Assembly: GCA_964036045.1 (NCBI GenBank)
Contig: OZ038378.1
Span: 20,274,001-20,307,000 of the forward strand
From: Eutreptiella sp. 'Long Island Sound 2002'
Taxonomy: Eukaryota > Protista > Euglenida
Length of the DNA stretch: 33,000 bases
Direction: 5' to 3'
Shown: positions 1 to 12,833 of the stretch, piece by piece
Layout of the letters: each line of letters starts with the position of its first letter
How positions within the stretch are numbered: the stretch's first letter is position 1
Program-made: the position numbers and the translations under genes
The notes under the pieces: model-generated
Told to the model about the DNA's origin: nothing
Seen by the model: the letters and a program-made list of their open reading frames with translations, nothing else
The model's database searches: none

Positions 1-981
1 GCAGTCCGCATTTGACTTTTCAGGGGACAGACCACGATGAAGCGAAGCAAAACGTAGGCGCAAGATTAGCAATGTAAATGGTCAACCGGCCATGACCTGG
101 GGAGTGGGACTTTCTGGATGCAAGGATATCGTATCATATAGCTCCTGCCGACTTCACTCCCATCCTCCATCTTGATTTTCATTTCACGTGTATTAATCAA
201 AGCAAAACGCGATGGCAGTACCAGCGCGCGTCGCCTGTGCTCAATTTATCCTAATGCCCATGAACCTGAATGGCAGCATGGAAAGAAAGTGGAGCCAACA
301 GCACAGATGGGAGGAATTCCATCCATCAGCAGGGTTTAATTTCCATTTCAATGTCAGTTAAACCACGACCAAACAACACCCAACCCATGTTGCGCCACGA
401 TTGCGCTATCTCTAGGTGGCGGCTGCTTCCCGCACCCACTCTCCAAGAGAGCCTGTGTCAGGTGTCCCTGGGCATTGTTGCATGGCTGTAGACTAGGTCT
501 GCCACAACAGTCCCATCACCTATGTGGAGATTGCTGCCAAAGGGCCTATCCCTCCCCGTGTTGATGAACTTTTGTGGCCTACTACTACTAACACGATACC
601 CCCTCCCGACACACACACATTTGCAAAACACAGCACAAGATGGGCTGAGTGAAATTCCTCGTCAGTTGGTCATCAAAAAAGACAGAGCATGTTCAACGCC
701 AATAGGCGCCTTTCTATGGGTACCAGGCAAGCAGTGTCCAGCTGGCCGATCAGAAAGCATGTCACAAGTCAGAACTCATCGCGTGTCATGTACATTCCAT
801 CTCAGAACCGCATGCCAGGCAACTGTGACGCTGAAACATCGGTTGTCAGCCCAAGAATTACTTAACAGGCATCCTGTGTCTGAACCATCCCAGTCACACG
901 CCGTGTCGCGCATGTCACATTGTCTCAGCAGCATTCTACAGACCAACACTTGTATGCACGATACCTCAGTGGTTCACAGCC

Positions 982-983
<2 letters not shown>

Positions 984-1025
<42 letters not shown>
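984..1025. repeat. (GA)n microsatellite
   Basis: About 21 uninterrupted GA units read directly from the sequence. Confidence 0.97.
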
Positions 1026-1029
<4 letters not shown>

Positions 1030-3664
1030 CGCAAGCCACTTGGCCCCACGAAGGTCACACTCCACAGATGCATCCTTGTATGCATCTGCACCAATGTTCA
1101 GCAGTTCAATCACAACCGTTTTTGTCAACTTGAGTCTCTACAGGACAAACGGATCGGTGCCTTTTGTAGTCAAAGTATAACTCGTCTTGCCAAGGTTGAT
1201 ACCAGTTGATCAAAGGAGGTACGTTTGTCCCAAGGGGAGGAGTTCAGAGGAGGATGGTGATGGAAAGGAGGTAATGTGTGACTATTTCATAACTCAGAAA
1301 TTAGAAGAATAGACAGGGCCTCCTGCGTGCATGTGCCAGGTGGCACTGGGCAGCAAGCAACTGCCCCCTTTCACGCCCTCCTCTTTGCCCGCACCCCCAG
1401 CAATCCACATGTGGGCAAGGGGCGACAGTGTGGTTTTGTTCAGCCAAAGTCCACTTTGCAAAGCCTGAGGGGGCCTAGGCCACAGATCCTCACTTTGGAC
1501 AAGCTGCGTGTTGTTAGGGTGTGCATACCACTATGACGTGGCATCTTTGGCCCATCTGCCACAAATGGTCAACTACCTGATGGATGCCCTCACCACCCGC
1601 GTGGTGCAAGCACTTGCTCATCTCCACGTGTCCCATGGTGCATCCTTCAAAGGTGACACCACTATGGCCGAAGTGTTGGCTTTTACCTATGTATTCCTGT
1701 ACATGTTTGTTCATTTTGGTAATGTTCGCTACGTTGTGCTGACAAGGGCACCCCGGGGGGTTAAACAGCTTTCGCCACAATCACTGGCATTGATGTTGCT
1801 TGGGTGTTGCATCCGACGCTTGGGTATTGCATATGAGGCTTGGGGTCGCAGGCAAAAACTTGGTCCTCCCTGAAGTATCACAAAAGGGCCCTCTGCTGGC
1901 GCCTTTGTCGGCACTTTGTCCCATCCTCTTACCTGGCCTTCGCAGACACTTTTGTGTGCACCTGACCCTACTCCTCACTTTGCAGGCACTTTTGTGGGCA
2001 TCTCCTCGGGCCCTTTACCCCCACACTTTCACAGACACTTTTGCAGGCACTTCTCTAGACGGTTTGCCTTGCACACCATCACGCACTTTCACACGTGTTC
2101 CACATATGCACCTTTACATGTGCATTGGCATGTACGTGGTCATGTGTTCTACACCAGCAATGTGCAGAGTACTTCGGGGGGCAGTGTTAAGGGTTAGGGG
2201 TGCCAAAATGCATCAAATGTTTCACAATGGACTTTGCATTTCCGCACAACAGCATGAGCTATTCCTTGTAAAATGGGCTGAGGAGGTTGCTATTTGTACA
2301 AGGTGATCTTTAGCAACCACAACTGGACGTTTGATGTTTTCAAAGCTCATCACACTGCAAGTTAGACACAATTTGGGAGTTGTTGTGCACATTTCTGGTT
2401 GAAATGGCTCAATGGAGGGTGGTCAGTCAATCACACTGCAAACAAGACACTATTTGAAAATGTTTGTACAGATTGCCTATTTAAAGACTCCAATGGAGGA
2501 TGGTGAGTGCCGTCTTGTGTGTGTAGCATGGCGTCCAAAGCTCAATCACTTTGCAAATCACTTTGAGAGTGCTTGTGCAATTTTGTACGTAAAATACATC
2601 CAACAGAGGATGGTTGGGGTCTCCAAAGTGGACAGGCTCGGAATAGCCCCTAGCTTGTTGGGGTCCCCAAAAATGGACAGAACTGAAATACCTACATAAC
2701 CCATGTTGCACCGAGGCGGGCTCCTGCGACGAAATGACCAAGTGAGTGAATCAGCAGCCGGTTTGGCCATCTTGTCACAGGTTACAAGTAATCTTACAGG
2801 CGTTTTTTCAAGCAAGCGCAACGAGACACAAGCAAAGTTACACGCAAAATTCCATGCCACGTCTAACAAGTCGCAAGTGATATTGTAAACAGAGTTGTAA
2901 GCACAATGACAGCCATTCTTACACGCAGCAGGTGTGTGGACGGTCTCTTGGCTATCATCTACCTCGGGGTGTAAGGAGACCGTCACACGCAACCGAACAC
3001 CTAGGCTGAAGTGTCTAGATTGCAAGTAAGAAACACTCTCTGTATTGCTAAGAGGGCATGCAGCAGGGCTTGTCCGGTTGTTAAGAATATGAGAGACACT
3101 TGCCCTTGAAACATGGCCTGCCCATGTGCACAGGATTGTGTAACATTTCCTGGCAGGAGAGGGCTCTCAAACCGCCCCATAGTGTCCAATACCTCAGGAA
3201 GCCTTTCCCTTCTGAAAATACTATGCATTTTATGCGTACCCTGATTTTGAGCAACAGTAGTCAATCTTCGCACTCTGGTATCAAAAAGTGGTGAGAGTGA
3301 CAAGGGCCAGAGATGGTCAGCCTATCACACCATCACAACCTTCCATATACCCTTGTACTGCCGATCCACAGAACACAGAGTGAGGGTGGTCCAAGTGCAA
3401 ATTGAGTCTGCCCAGTGACACCTTGGAGGGAACAGTATATATACTCGGGTCAAGGCTACCACGTTTCACCAGTGGTATGTGTCATGGTGTTGCAGATGTA
3501 GTCAGCCCCACTGGGGCGGTTTCAAAGCCGCCCCAACTCGAATCCCCCCCCATCTGTCCGCTGGATGCCTCCTCCTCTGCCAAGCCCATGCTACTCAAGC
3601 CCCAACTCCTGTGCACGATTGTACGTCCGCAGCTGTCTACAGTGGTGCCACGCATGCCTACGGC

Positions 3665-3815
3665 AGGGGCTGGGGCAGGTGCGAAGACTGGGGCGGGGGC
3701 TAGGGCCAAGGCTGGTGCTGGGGCTAGGGTTCGGGCTATGGGTGGGGCTGGGGGTAGGACTAGAGGCGTGACTCGTGCTCAAGCTCAGGTTGGGCTCGGC
3801 ATGGGAGGGCTAGGG
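3665..3815. repeat. Degenerate G-rich low-complexity hexamer tract (GGGGCT/AGGGCT-like)
   Basis: Recurrent ggggctgggg, ggggctaggg, cgggctatgg units. Confidence 0.6.
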
Positions 3816-4951
3816 CCGACACATCGGGGGTCCTTAAGGGAAAGGAAAGGCCTCCGGCAAAAGGGTGTGTGTACCCGGTGGACGCGGAAAGGTAGAGGGA
3901 AGGCAGTCCTGAAGGGAGAAACAAAGTACTCCCTAAGCACCGCCCTGGGGCAAGGGCCAGGGGCGTCCGACGGGACGCTACTGATGCACTTTACTTGCAA
4001 TCCACAACTTGTGCCGCCGGTGCTTAAGCAGTTGTGCGAACCGCTTCCGCAGTTGCATCTCCTGTGACAAGGGATGCAGAGGTGCAATGGTGAGGGATGG
4101 ACTGCACTAACAGCAGAGTCGCAACGGGGGGGGAGGGGTAAGCTCCCAAAAACTGGATACGGGGACAACCTCCTGCAAGAGACTCAGGTGGGGGAAAGAG
4201 GTTCCAGGCTGCACGGAGGGTGCCCCTGAGGCACGCCGCCGAAACAACGCAGCAAAACAGGGAACTTGCCGGCAAACCCCCCACATGCGTCCCCCGGCAC
4301 ACCACATGCATCCCGCGGGTTCCCAAACCCCAAGCAGTCACAGCTCACACGAGCTGTTCGTACACGAGATGTCCTGTGGCCACGGATTGCATCCTGTTGC
4401 TCGGTTGCTTCGCTCCGCGTCGTAGGGGTACCCGCTAGACTTCCTGTCCTCTCTCTCTCCGCTTCGCCCCGGGGGTTCTCGAATGTTGAACCCGCCCATG
4501 CCATGCGGTCCATAAAGGTCAGGATGGCTGGTCAGGGTTGCTGGCCTACCAGCGCGTGGCCTCTGTCACCTCAGGCACGCATTACGCCCTCCGGTGAAGT
4601 TCACAGACTGTACGTAGAGGTGCGACGAACGACTGCCCACACTGCTTTTTGAGAGGGTGGCATCACGCACTGCTGCCACGCCAGGCAGGACCCCATGCCC
4701 CTGTCCAGGCCATGATTGCGCCTGCGTTCTTTGCCCAACTCCCCAACTCGGGTCCTCACACTGCCCTCGCGGGAACGGGGACATGTGCGCCAGTGAATCG
4801 CGCAGGCACGTCCCTCGTCCGCTTCTCCGTCCTTCCATCGCAATGTCATCGCAACAAAACGGGCCCGTTGTCATGGGGGGCATAAGAATCCACTTCAGGG
4901 CAGCCAGAGTTCATCCCTCACGCATGTCCCTCAGACACATGCACGCCACCT

Positions 4952-5824
4952 CTATGGTCCAGGGTGGCGGGGGGGAGGGGGAGTATGGAGTGGGAGCAAA
5001 CGTGCTGGGAAGACCGGCAGATGCAGGTGGTGTGCTGAGATCATGGATATGGGGCGCAGGCGGACAACAGAGGCTACCTGCGCTGCCTGTCGCTTTCGGT
5101 CACCTGCTCCAGTGTCGACAGGAATGTACACGAACCGCAGGGATTCTTGCAACAGTTTGCTGGCCCCCAGCAGTTCCGTGCAGAAGAACTGCGTGCGTGG
5201 GATGTGCAGGTCCGTGCTGATCACTGCCAGCGTAGTGACCGCATCCCCAGCACCCGGATTCAACGGCGCATCCCCGGCCGGCAATGTTCTATCGGGGGGC
5301 GCTTCGCTGTCACGTTGTGTGGCAGTGTTTTGCACAGCGTTCGCCGGTGCAGTTGCCATCACAGGAACCCCGTCTCCTGCGCGTGCGACCGCCAGGCTGG
5401 ACGTTGAGTCTGCGGTTGCCAAAGATGGCGTCGGCGCTTGTGATTCTGCCCGGGCCCGGGCGTGAGCCGGCAGAGGTGACTGCGCACCCTGGACGTGGCG
5501 CAGCAGCAACAGGAGAGCGTTGTAGACATTGTCGACGGAATTGACAGGACTGCGATCAACGACAATGCACTCGGAAGGCACCCCCGATCGCACTGCGGCC
5601 TGAGATGGGCCATGCAAGCGTTGCGGAAGGCAAAGGTGTGAATGAAGGCCAGCGTAGTGGCAGGGGCAAAGAAAAACTGCTGAGAGCCAGAGGGAGAGGG
5701 CGTTGTCCAGCGTTACCGACAGAGCAGGGGCAACGGTTGAGGCTCGGGCAGCAGCACGGAGCGGGTCTGTCCAAGACAGGGCTGTGTGCGGGACACGGCT
5801 GTGTCCAGGACGGGGCCGTGTCAA
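4952..5824 (-). other. Unassigned 290-aa ORF, probably a mobile-element ORF remnant
   Basis: One of the longest ORFs not dependent on a microsatellite. It has a protein-like segment (SECIVVDRSPVNSVDNVYNALLLLLRHVQG...DLHIPRTQFFCTELLGASKLLQESLRFVYIP) but no motif I recognise. Confidence 0.25.
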
Positions 5825-7067
5825 GGACGGGCTGAGCCACTTGGGGCTGCTGAGCGATTAAAAGTCAAAGTGCGGTCAAAAAGAGTCTGTCCTGTTGGCG
5901 GTCTCTCCGCCCGGAAAAAGCAGTGCTGGGCCTCGACGACCGATGGCGTTTGGAGGGCACGAGGGTGGGCCTGTAACCGGATTGTGGTTGGCCGTTCACC
6001 GCCGGCGCTTGATCAGTGACCGCGGTGATGGTGACACAGGGCAACACTTCTGCTTTCCGTTGCAACCTGGAAGTCCTGGATAAGGGTGGGGCACAGACAG
6101 GACGGGGTCGCGTTGAGGAGTGTCATACTGGGGTCCAGGGTGCAGGTCACATGGAATGGCTGCACGGTGCATACATGGTGGAGGGGGGTTGGGGTAACTC
6201 AGTTCAAATCGCGAGGAGGGCTTCGAAAGAAAGGCCCCAGGCAGCTGCAGCAGCCCCATACAAGCGGTCTGCCTGAAGATGACTGCATACTCCAGATCAA
6301 ATTGATGCCCACCCACTTCCCCAAAAAATGAAGCCATTGGCCTCGCACCATTGAAAAGGGTCGGCCTAAAAGAAAAATGGGGACTATGAGGACAGTCATT
6401 CAGCCCCTGACTCCACCAAAACCTTTGCAGGGCTGTAGCTGGGGTTCGGACCTCTGCCATGACGTCTGCTTCGGCAGGATGATGCGGGCCTGATACGCGG
6501 CCCCCTGACATGAGCAGCACTGCACTGCAGCACCCCGTACACCCGCACGAGAGCCGCTCTTGGGCTCTCGAAGGGTCACCAATTTGAGAGGCTGATGTGG
6601 GGGAGTCTGATGGTGACGCATCGCAGGCCAGACGACCGGCGAGGCCCTGCAATGTGGTGTGCCGGATTGTTGCAAGCCATGCCACCGAGGCATTCACCCT
6701 CTGCAGCAGCTCCGGAGTCGCATGGCCAGTCTTGGACAGCCGCAGGCCCATGACAAGCCCGACGTGCCTGGTCCCGGGGGGCAACTCCGTTTGCAGGGGC
6801 GGGGGACTGCTGTGTTCGGACAGTGGACTGGCGGCTGCAGGTGATGAAGCCGGGGGGATAGAGTGAGGACGGAGTAGTGCAGGCGTCACGGAAGGGAGGA
6901 GGTGACGGGGACGGGGTGCGACGGATGGAGTGGAGGGTGCGGAGTGGTGGGGATTCCGCAACGCAACTGAAAAGGAGGGGCGGGCGGAGAGACGTGATGA
7001 AGAGGCTGAAACGGAGGAGATGCAGCAGAGCAGAGAAACCGGTTGGGACAGCAGCGGGAGTGGGCAC

Positions 7068-7186
7068 CCACACACACACACAATACACAACACACACAGA
7101 CACACACACACACACACACATGATGTACGTAACAAACAGGCAGCAGAAACATGTACGTAACAAACACACACATACATATATATATA
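7068..7186. repeat. Compound (CA)n/(TA)n microsatellite
   Basis: Interrupted CA runs followed by a TA run. Confidence 0.9.
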
Positions 7187-7529
7187 CAACGGATACGCCC
7201 ATTCCCCCCATCCCAAACCCCACCACCGGGTGCGCATTTGGGCAGGACCAGGGACCCCCTCCCCTATTTTGGGGTTGGGAAACACAAAAAAACATGTTTG
7301 TACCTATGTATGTACCTAGAATATACCCTAAAAATACCCTAAAAATAGCCTATTTTTTTTGCCCTTCCCACACCTTTATAGGGGCAATTACCCAATGTAG
7401 ACCTTTCAAATGCAGTCTAAAAGATGCTCTTTTGCGTTTCCCAAAGCATAATTCAGGGGGGTCCCTGAACCTACCCCAAAGCGCACCCGGCCCGGGGAGG
7501 GGGGGGGGGGAGGTGATGGGCGTATAAGC
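7187..7529. mobile_element. Degenerate MITE-like element (~340 bp) with ~70-75 bp imperfect inverted arms, flanked by TA runs
   Basis: Left arm atacgcccat...ccgggtgcgcatttgggcaggaccagggacccc (7193-7259) is the reverse complement of ggggtccctgaacctaccccaaagcgcacccgg...atgggcgtat (7458-7525). TA dinucleotides lie on both sides. Confidence 0.6.
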
Positions 7530-7755
7530 TATATATATTACTACACCCCTAAATTATTCTCTACTAATTCATGTCACGATACTTTAGCTACATCGCTAGC
7601 CACACCGTGCCTACTCCCGTCACTCTGCGGCGAATGCTGTCCCGGATTCCTACTTCCATCGCTGTGTGCCGCCTGCATTTGTGATGGTTTGGGTTTGGGT
7701 ACACATTGGTTTGGGTTTGGAGAAGGTGATGGCCGGATTAATTTTCGCAAAGGGA

Positions 7756-8865
7756 GCATCCCAAATGGTCCAGGATCACTTTTGGAAAAATGTGTTTTTG
7801 AGCCATTTTTGACCCATTTTTGCTCCCAAACCGGCCCATTTTCAAGGCATTTTGGGATTTTCCATGGGCCAAAACGCGTCACCATGGGCTAAAAACGGGC
7901 TAAAAACACTTGTTTGAGCATACTAGGTGGTCTAGGAACAACTTTGGAAAAAATGATTTTTTTCGCCCCGGGGACCCTGGTGGACCCACCGTTGGCACCC
8001 TCCCAAATCTGCGCCATTTAGGGCCAAAAACAGCCATTTTGCGCCCAAAACAGCCCTAGAACCCATTTAAAACGGCTACCTTTCACATGCGGCTTGACTT
8101 CCTCGTGACAAAAAGCCCCTCTAACTCCACGATACGTCCGAGGAACGGCCAAGAAATGGCTAAAAATGACCCAGATTGTGCGTTGTTTGTCCCCACCAGC
8201 CCAAAAACCAAGAACTGGCCAAATCTTGGGCTGCGTGGCTCAAATCCCGATTCCGAGGGCACCTAGTCCACCTGCAACCCCCCACTTTTCGTGGTTTCCA
8301 AGCCTCAGAATCACCCAACGAGACGCCTAGACCCCCGTACCAGTGGTCACTTGGTGGAGCTAGAGGGCATTCCGGGCCTGGCATCGTTAGGGCCAATGGT
8401 GGGTCTAGCAGGGTTCCCGGGGCGAAAAGAATGATTTTTTCCAAAGTTGTCCCTAGACCGCTTGGGATGCCCAAACAAGTGTTTTTGGCCCGTTTTGAGC
8501 CTGTGTTGACGCGGTTTGGCCCGTGGAAAATCCTAAAATGCCTTGACAAGGGGCCGTTTTGGGACCAAAAATGAGTCAAAAACGGGTCAAAAACACGTTT
8601 TTCCAAAAATGATTGTGGGCCATTTGGGCTGCACAATCAAGTGAAATGAGCCCGTTTTGAGCCTGTTTTGAGGCATTTTGGCCCCTCTAAAGTCCCGAAA
8701 AAGCCTTAAAACTGGGCCAATTTGGGACCAAAAATGTGTCAAAAATGGGTCAAAAACATCTTTTTCCCACCATTGATCCTCGACCATTTGGGGTGCTCAA
8801 ACACGATAAGTGCACCTGTTTTGAGCCCATTTTGAGGCCATTTTGACCCAGTATAGCCCATCTAG
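7756..8865. repeat. Foldback-type repeat with ~240-bp inverted arms built from an ~150-170-bp satellite-like unit
   Basis: 7756-7996 is the reverse complement of 8392-8628 (e.g. tttggaaaaaatgatttttttcgccccgggg vs ccggggcgaaaagaatgattttttccaaag). Further same-orientation units (gggaccaaaaatg.gtcaaaaa.gggtcaaaaac) run to ~8865. Confidence 0.85.
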
Positions 8866-8957
8866 CCACATGCATGCACCAAATTGTACACTTCAGGCGT
8901 CCCTTAGAGCCGTGCTGTGGAGCCACGTAGAGGTGGGGAGAGGGGTGTAGATTACAG

Positions 8958-8958
8958 G

Positions 8959-9006
<48 letters not shown>

Positions 9007-9022
9007 ACACACACACACACAC
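8958..9022. repeat. (CA)n microsatellite
   Basis: About 30 CA units with one interruption. Confidence 0.95.
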
Positions 9023-10026
9023 ATCCGTTACGACCAAAATATATACACACACGCGCGCGTATACGTGCAGACATAAGACAGACGGTTGTCCTTGGACAGG
9101 CCAGCGCGGACGCGCGGCCCACATGCACACGCACAAGTTATGCCTAGAGGCATAACTCCCTGGATGAGCACTCTGCACATCCTCCACATGCAGCAACATG
9201 TACCTCCCAGTCAATGCTGCAAAGAAAAGTCCCTGGCTTCATGCAGACTACTCTTCAGCTTGCTTCATCCTCGTGCCGCAAAACCCGTGGTTCAAATTAA
9301 GCGCACTCCAACAGGGTGTCTGTCCTTGGACAAGCCCGTGCTTGTGCAAAGGGGGGTACTGCCAACAACAAGCTGACCATCCTCACTATTCCCACTTCAA
9401 CTACACAGCAGCAGTCCTACAGGAAGGGGCTGTAAAAACGCACACAAAGGCGGGTACGTTGGCTTCAGTCTTTCATCATTCTATCAGGAGGCTGCATGAG
9501 CATATGCGGCATTAACTGGTACAGGTCTGCTGTTCTCCACGGTGCACATCGCAGTGTGCACCGAATTGCCCGCTGCCCCTTTGCGCTAAGCAATTCGCAA
9601 TGCGGCACACATGTAGCACAGGTACCGCAAGCAGGGCTCGAATTGAAGGCCGACGGTTCACACAATCCAATGGCGCACACCTTGCTGATGACGTCGATGC
9701 AGCGCACTGTGGCATAGGATCATAAGCACACTTGAAGCCAGCACAAATAGCAGCAGTGAGTACTGGTGGTAAATGCGCATTCTGCAACAGTATATTGAAT
9801 GCTTGTTTCTATGAGCCACCATCAAGACCCCCCTGATGATTCCCCACAGGTTCTGCTTGTGTGTGCATGCAACCTCCTTAAAGTGCGCCCTTCTTCCCGC
9901 TACTCCGTCTGAGTCTCGAGGACATGATGAATGTGTGGTAAAAAGACGGGGGAGATGGACTCAGTCGCTGTATGTGAAGTTGATCCACTCCCCCGAGAGA
10001 ACCTTGGTGGTATTTCATCACAAGTA

Positions 10027-10505
10027 CAGGGGGGGGGGGGGAAATTCCGCGGGGGGATTTTTCTGCGGGGAAAATTCCGTATTTCAATTTGGTGCGGAAT
10101 TTTCCCCTCATTTTTCGAGGGGAGGTGCGGAATTTTCCCCGTGCGGAATTTTGTCCATGTAAGCCACCGTACCACCGTATGCCTTGTGCTTCGCCGCACG
10201 CTCCCATTTGTTTTGTTCCCGCTCTTCTGCAGTTGTTGTCAACCAACAGGGAAGGGGGGGCAGGAAGTCGCATAATTTGTGAATGGCGGGCCACGCCATC
10301 TACAGAGGTGATCTCAGGCACAATGGTTGCCTTCTCCCAGGATCTTTTGGGGATCGCAATCCCAGGATCCCTTTTGCTTCCAATGCACTGAAGATTTGGG
10401 AGGTGCGGAATTTTCCCCTTGATTTTTTGGACAGGTGCGGAATTTTCCCCATGCGGAATTTTCCCCTGCGGAAAAATCCCCGTACAGAATCCCCCCCCCC
10501 CCCTG
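10027..10505. mobile_element. 479-bp TA-flanked MITE (Tc1/mariner-type ends CAG(G)n...(C)nCTG) with subterminal GCGGAATTTTCCCC arrays
   Basis: TA at 10025-26 and 10506-07. Ends are cag(g)n-aaattccgcggggggatttttctgcggggaaaattccg and the inverse gcggaattttcccctgcggaaaaatccccgtacagaat(c)n-ctg. The 14-mer GCGGAATTTTCCCC occurs at 10094, 10127, 10405, 10437 and 10453. Confidence 0.8.
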
Positions 10506-11556
10506 TATGGTGCTACGAACATCTGCTAAAGGGAGTGGGGGAAGAATTTCATCTGGGGACAATTCTGCAGCAGTAAATTTCGCAGCGGGAAATTTCGCGG
10601 AGGTCACTGAAAAAGCCGTGGCAAATCTCGCGGACCATCTGAAGTGAAATGTAATGTCATGTTGTGGATAGTTTGGTGGACCCAAAAATTTGACGCCAAT
10701 GTTGCCAAATGGAAAAAAAGAGTCGAGCCTCAGGTGCCACTCACTATGCAGGGGGGAATATGTCAGCAACAGCAGATGGGCGCCGGTCGTTTCCCTGCCA
10801 CCGGAATCCCTTTCTACGTTTCCAACCTGTGGCCCAGGCATCAGTAAACCATGACAGCTCTTCAACAGGGAGATGGGGACGTGTTTTTTTCAGAATCTTA
10901 TCGGCCAGCACTGTCACACCACCTCGATCTACAGCTCCCCCCTGGGCCCGAACTGCACTGGAGCTATGTAACCCTGCAAGCTTGACACCCCAATCATGTA
11001 AATTAGATTCAGGTAGACATGACATCCCATAGTGCACTTTGCATTTCTGGAGCCCTGCAATTCAATAGAGCTTCGCAGAGCTGAGCATCATGTTGTGGGG
11101 GGCTTTCCCTGTCGACCAGAAGTGGGCCTCACAATGGTGAGGGGCTGGAGCAGGGTCAAAAGGGGTTGGTGGGTGTGCCCCCCTTCCTCCAACTCCCGCA
11201 CAGTGACGGCGTGCTCCTATAGCATTATGCGGTCCCTACGACGAACTTGCAACAGAGTGCTCGGACCCTCAAGCTATGTCTGCCCCCCTGTGAGGAAAAA
11301 GGTAAAGCTCTTTGGACCACCTGTGGTCTAAATTCTCTAAAGCGCCGGCCAACCACATACCTCAATCGACAGCCGAAAAAAAAGGCTGCAATGTTCCTCA
11401 ATTTCATGTTTGCCCTTCAACAGAGCTGCACCGGAACTTTGGGGTTCCATGTAGCCACATTTTTTGCGCGTCCCATCGATCAATGTCGCAGGTCCCCCAT
11501 GGTCTATCAACGGTGGCAACCATTTGTATTGCATATCCCCCTTTTGTAGGCACATA

Positions 11557-11660
11557 CAGGGGCGGGGGGGGGGGGGGGGGATTTCGTGGAGAGATAATTT
11601 TGCGTCTCAAATTGACGCGAAATGTACCACACAAATTCTGGGGTCTCCGTGAAACTTCCC
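11557..11660. mobile_element. Orphan left end of a related TA|CAG(G)n element
   Basis: ta|caggggcggg(g)n-atttcgtgg has the same terminal style as 10027; no matching right end was found. Confidence 0.4.
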
Positions 11661-12833
11661 TCACTTGCTGTAGGTGCCACATTTTTTTGCAGCGCCTCTG
11701 TAGGTCAGGGCCTCCATCATACCATGCACTTCTACACCTTGACATGTATGTACACATGGAACGCGTTTTGCTTTGAAAAAGTGCCAGGCAGAGCCAAATG
11801 CAGCATTGGGTTGAGCACTTCTTCCACGTAACGTGGTTCCTAGAAGGCGAAAACCATGGCCTGGTTGGGATGATGAACAGAGGGGCACAACACACCTAAA
11901 TGAAGTGGCCTGTCATATCAACAGATGTTACAAAGCCTTCAATGACTGTGGCTTCATATTGTCACGCCTGCATATCAGGTTTGCAGTTGTTGGCACATCT
12001 TCAACAACGACAGTGCATCATGAACAAAAGATTCCATGATTGAAGACGCCCCATGTAGAACATGAACACACTACACACATACACAAGAGAACGAGGACAC
12101 ATGCACATGCACATGCACGCACGCACGCACACACGTGCGAACGTAAACAGACCACAAAATCCGTGCACCTCTAATACTCCCATATTGAAGGTTTTGCAAG
12201 GCAACAGGTTTGTGAACAATGGACACTAGTATCAACCCAACCATTCGTAGGGGTATCCATGTAACCCTCCCTCACTTGCTGGTGGATGGCTTTGGTGGAT
12301 GCCATACTGTCCGGTTGACGACTGTAACATCTTTGAATGGCCCGAGGGCAAAAGAGTCCCACCTTTTTTTTGGGGGGGGGCGGTACGGTGGCAGACCAGG
12401 ATAAGGGGGCACATGGGTGATATGGTACTTTTTCCATCACCTGCATTGTGCGTTTCATGTACTTGATTCGTTGCCCTTACTTTGTTTCAACAAAAACTAC
12501 AATGGGCTGGGATAGGACGGGGCAGGGTGTCGGTGGTCACCAGCAAAACTTTGCATTGCATGGGTATGATATGTGCACTGTATGCATGTTGGATGCCGGA
12601 ACCTTTGTTGCATAACCGGGACTGAAACCAGTAGAATTTACGTTTAGGGTAGTGCTTGGGTGCTTGCTTGCTGGCACGTGGCAATGGTACTCATGGACAA
12701 CATGAAGGCTTTTGGCAACACCAAAAGTCAATCTACAAAGGTCAGTGGTCCACGGAGGCTTCAACTATATCTTGTAGCCAAGAGAACTGTTCTACTTGGT
12801 TTGGGGATATACATCCATTTGCCTCTATGCTTG

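Noticed and set aside
5996-7285. 429-aa ORF, the longest in the track
   Set aside because: It runs through (GT)n and other low-complexity sequence (CVCVCV, Ser/Pro tracts). The inner segments HVGLVMG...LQGLAGRL and HFLGKWV faintly recall an RT thumb but are too weak to call.
7684-7712. ggtttgggtttggg as telomeric repeat
   Set aside because: Only two short pairs of units, embedded in another repeat; not an array.
7574-8787. ORFs such as MVTRFGPWKIPKCLENGP...
   Set aside because: They are translations of the satellite/foldback unit, appearing on both strands as expected for an inverted repeat.
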